Shown here one piece after another: positions 62,343 to 64,000 of a stretch of DNA of 64,000 nt (position 1 is the stretch's first letter; every line of letters starts with the position of its first letter). The DNA comes from Mesotaenium endlicherianum. Its lineage: Eukaryota. A program made the position numbers and the translations under genes. Location of the stretch: the NCBI GenBank assembly GCA_009602735.1, contig WELA01001229.1:106820-170819 (forward strand), read 5' to 3'. The notes below the pieces were generated by a model. That model made no database searches and was not told the DNA's origin. It worked only from the letters and a program-made list of their open reading frames with translations.

Positions 62343-64000
62343 TCTGATACACACTGTTGAGCTCACCTTGTCATGCTTCTTCAGGATTTTGGCGAACGCA
62401 GTTGTGTTAAGAGCGCTGCTCGAGTGCCCTCCGCCCGCCCACACAGAGCCTCCCCCACCATCTTCCAGAGGTCAGCTCCACACAGCCTCCACACAGCCGT
62501 CAATGGACAGTCAGTCAGTCAGTCAGTCAGGCGCGATGCACCCCCCCCAAGCGAAACCTCAATGCTGTCGCCCTCATGTCAACGCGCGTGCCTCTCTCTC
62601 GTCACGCACAGAGAGAGAGGCCTGCCCATACCCGCCCTCACCTGTAGCTGTGCAGAAAGGAGAGGCCGTGGTAGAGCTCCACGAGCGCCGTGCGCACCAT
62701 CTTGTCCGCCTGCCGCACCTCGCGGGCGCGCGGCGCCATGGTCGACGACAAGAAGGAGCCCTGGGGCTCAAGGGCGCCGCTGCTCAGGCTGCCCGAGGGG
62801 GGGGCGCGCGCACTGGGGCCTGCAGAGGTGGGGGCGGGGCCCCGGCCGAGGTCCTCCAAGAGCGTGTGGTAGAGCTTGCGCAGCGTGGCTCGCGGCGTCG
62901 TTGCCGGCAGATCCATCTTCACCTGCACCTCCTCCCTTGCCACGCCCACCTGTCAGCTACCCAGTGGCTGCTCTGCTACGGCCGCTAGTTGGGCAGCAGA
63001 GCCAACAGAGTACTTAGGATGACCTGACCGTCCCCCCGCCTCCCTGCCCTCTTTGATGCAGGCATGCATGCCCCTCAACTTCGCACCAACATTGCACGCT
63101 GGTTTGGTGGGGTGGCAACTGCAGAGAGCAGACAGGCGGACGAATGCAAGAGAGCAAGATGGCACACAGACACACAGAAAGAGCCTGGCCCCGCAGCCCC
63201 TCCCATCCCCACAATGCCAGAAAAAGCAACACATGACTGCAACGCATCTCACCCTTATATATTTCATATACACATACACATATACACATCAACACATGCA
63301 TATTCATATATATAACCAATATGTATGAATGTGTCAACATATGTATGTCTATGTGTAGATAAATATGGGAATGAATGTGATTGTTCACACACACACATAC
63401 ATGTGTATATGCAATCATGAGAGTATACACATAGCCAGGGACGCACAACAAACCTGCTGGAGGATGGACGGTGACCCCATTGCCGCCAGGTGACGGCTGC
63501 TGCTGTTGTTCCTCCTGGCCCTCAGCGCCACCAGGTGGCTGCCCGGCTTGTGCTGGACCGGAGAGGTGCTGGGGGCGGGCACATCGGAGAGCAAGTCAGG
63601 CTTCTAGCCCAGCAACCCCACGACAACCCCGTCCCCCCAGCTTCAAAATGTGGGCACCAGCAGACCACGGCGAGATCCGTCTGTCAGTTTGGCCTGCCTG
63701 TGCCAGCTGGGCCATCCTCAAACTCATCCACAAGAGAGAGGGAGGGAAGGGGGAATTGGTGGGAGGGGGGAGGGAGTAGGAAGGCCTCACAGATGCGGCA
63801 TGCAGTGGCGAGAGGGTATCCCTCGAGGCTGATGCCTCCGTGATAGCATCTGTGCTGGCATTGCTGGCCGCTTCTGCGGCTTCTGCTGCTGTGGCCATGT
63901 CTTTGTCCCTGGAGTTGGCACTGCGCGGGGACGTGGGGCTCACGCCAGGGCTGTCATCATCAGCGTTGTAATGCCCCCCTCTGCCAGAGTCGTCATTCCC
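58279..64000 (-). CDS. PHO1: PHO1-family SPX-EXS phosphate exporter (multi-exon; 5' part beyond window end)
   Basis: Exons encode [32 protein letters not shown] (SPX end), [42 protein letters not shown] and [35 protein letters not shown] (EXS); stop at 58279-58281. Confidence 0.92.
58513..58863. repeat. (GGT/GGGT)n low-complexity repeat around an assembly gap, intronic in the PHO1-like gene
   Basis: Directly visible. Confidence 0.85.
62300..62342. repeat. (TC)n(CA)n compound microsatellite, intronic
   Basis: Directly visible. Confidence 0.85.

Noticed and set aside
59117..63943. Long + strand ORFs (e.g. 61990-62988)
   Set aside because: By-products of high GC, antisense to PHO1-like exons and microsatellite-containing introns.
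1..64000. CRISPR arrays, tRNA/rRNA genes, prokaryotic operons
   Set aside because: None seen. The DNA is eukaryotic and its repeats are LTRs, TIRs or microsatellites.

Overview
Eukaryotic, plant-lineage DNA (intron-rich genes and tRNA-iMet-primed LTR elements; a streptophyte alga or bryophyte is my inference). About 40 kb consists of Ty3/Gypsy chromodomain LTR retrotransposons from three families (here A, B, C). They form two nests that can be resolved by 5-bp target-site duplications (TSDs). Nest 1 (1-24727): a + strand family-A relic A0 holds A1 and B1, B1 holds C1, and C1 holds A2. Nest 2 (38796-54274): A3 holds an apparently intact B2. Host genes: a signal-peptide/coiled-coil membrane protein (25807-30004, +), an ankyrin-CCCH-RRM-LOTUS protein (36398-31423, -) and a PHO1-like SPX-EXS phosphate exporter (58279 to beyond 64000, -). 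There is also a ~1 kb Mutator-like element and old retroelement relics. The most notable observation is that family A carries a third, sense-strand ORF (~560 aa, not env-like) between the chromo-integrase and the 3' LTR. It is bracketed by duplicated polypurine tracts (PPTs), preceded by conserved splice signals, and far more divergent between copies than gag, pol or the LTRs. Coordinates were read by eye; exon and degenerate-element borders may be off by a few bases.
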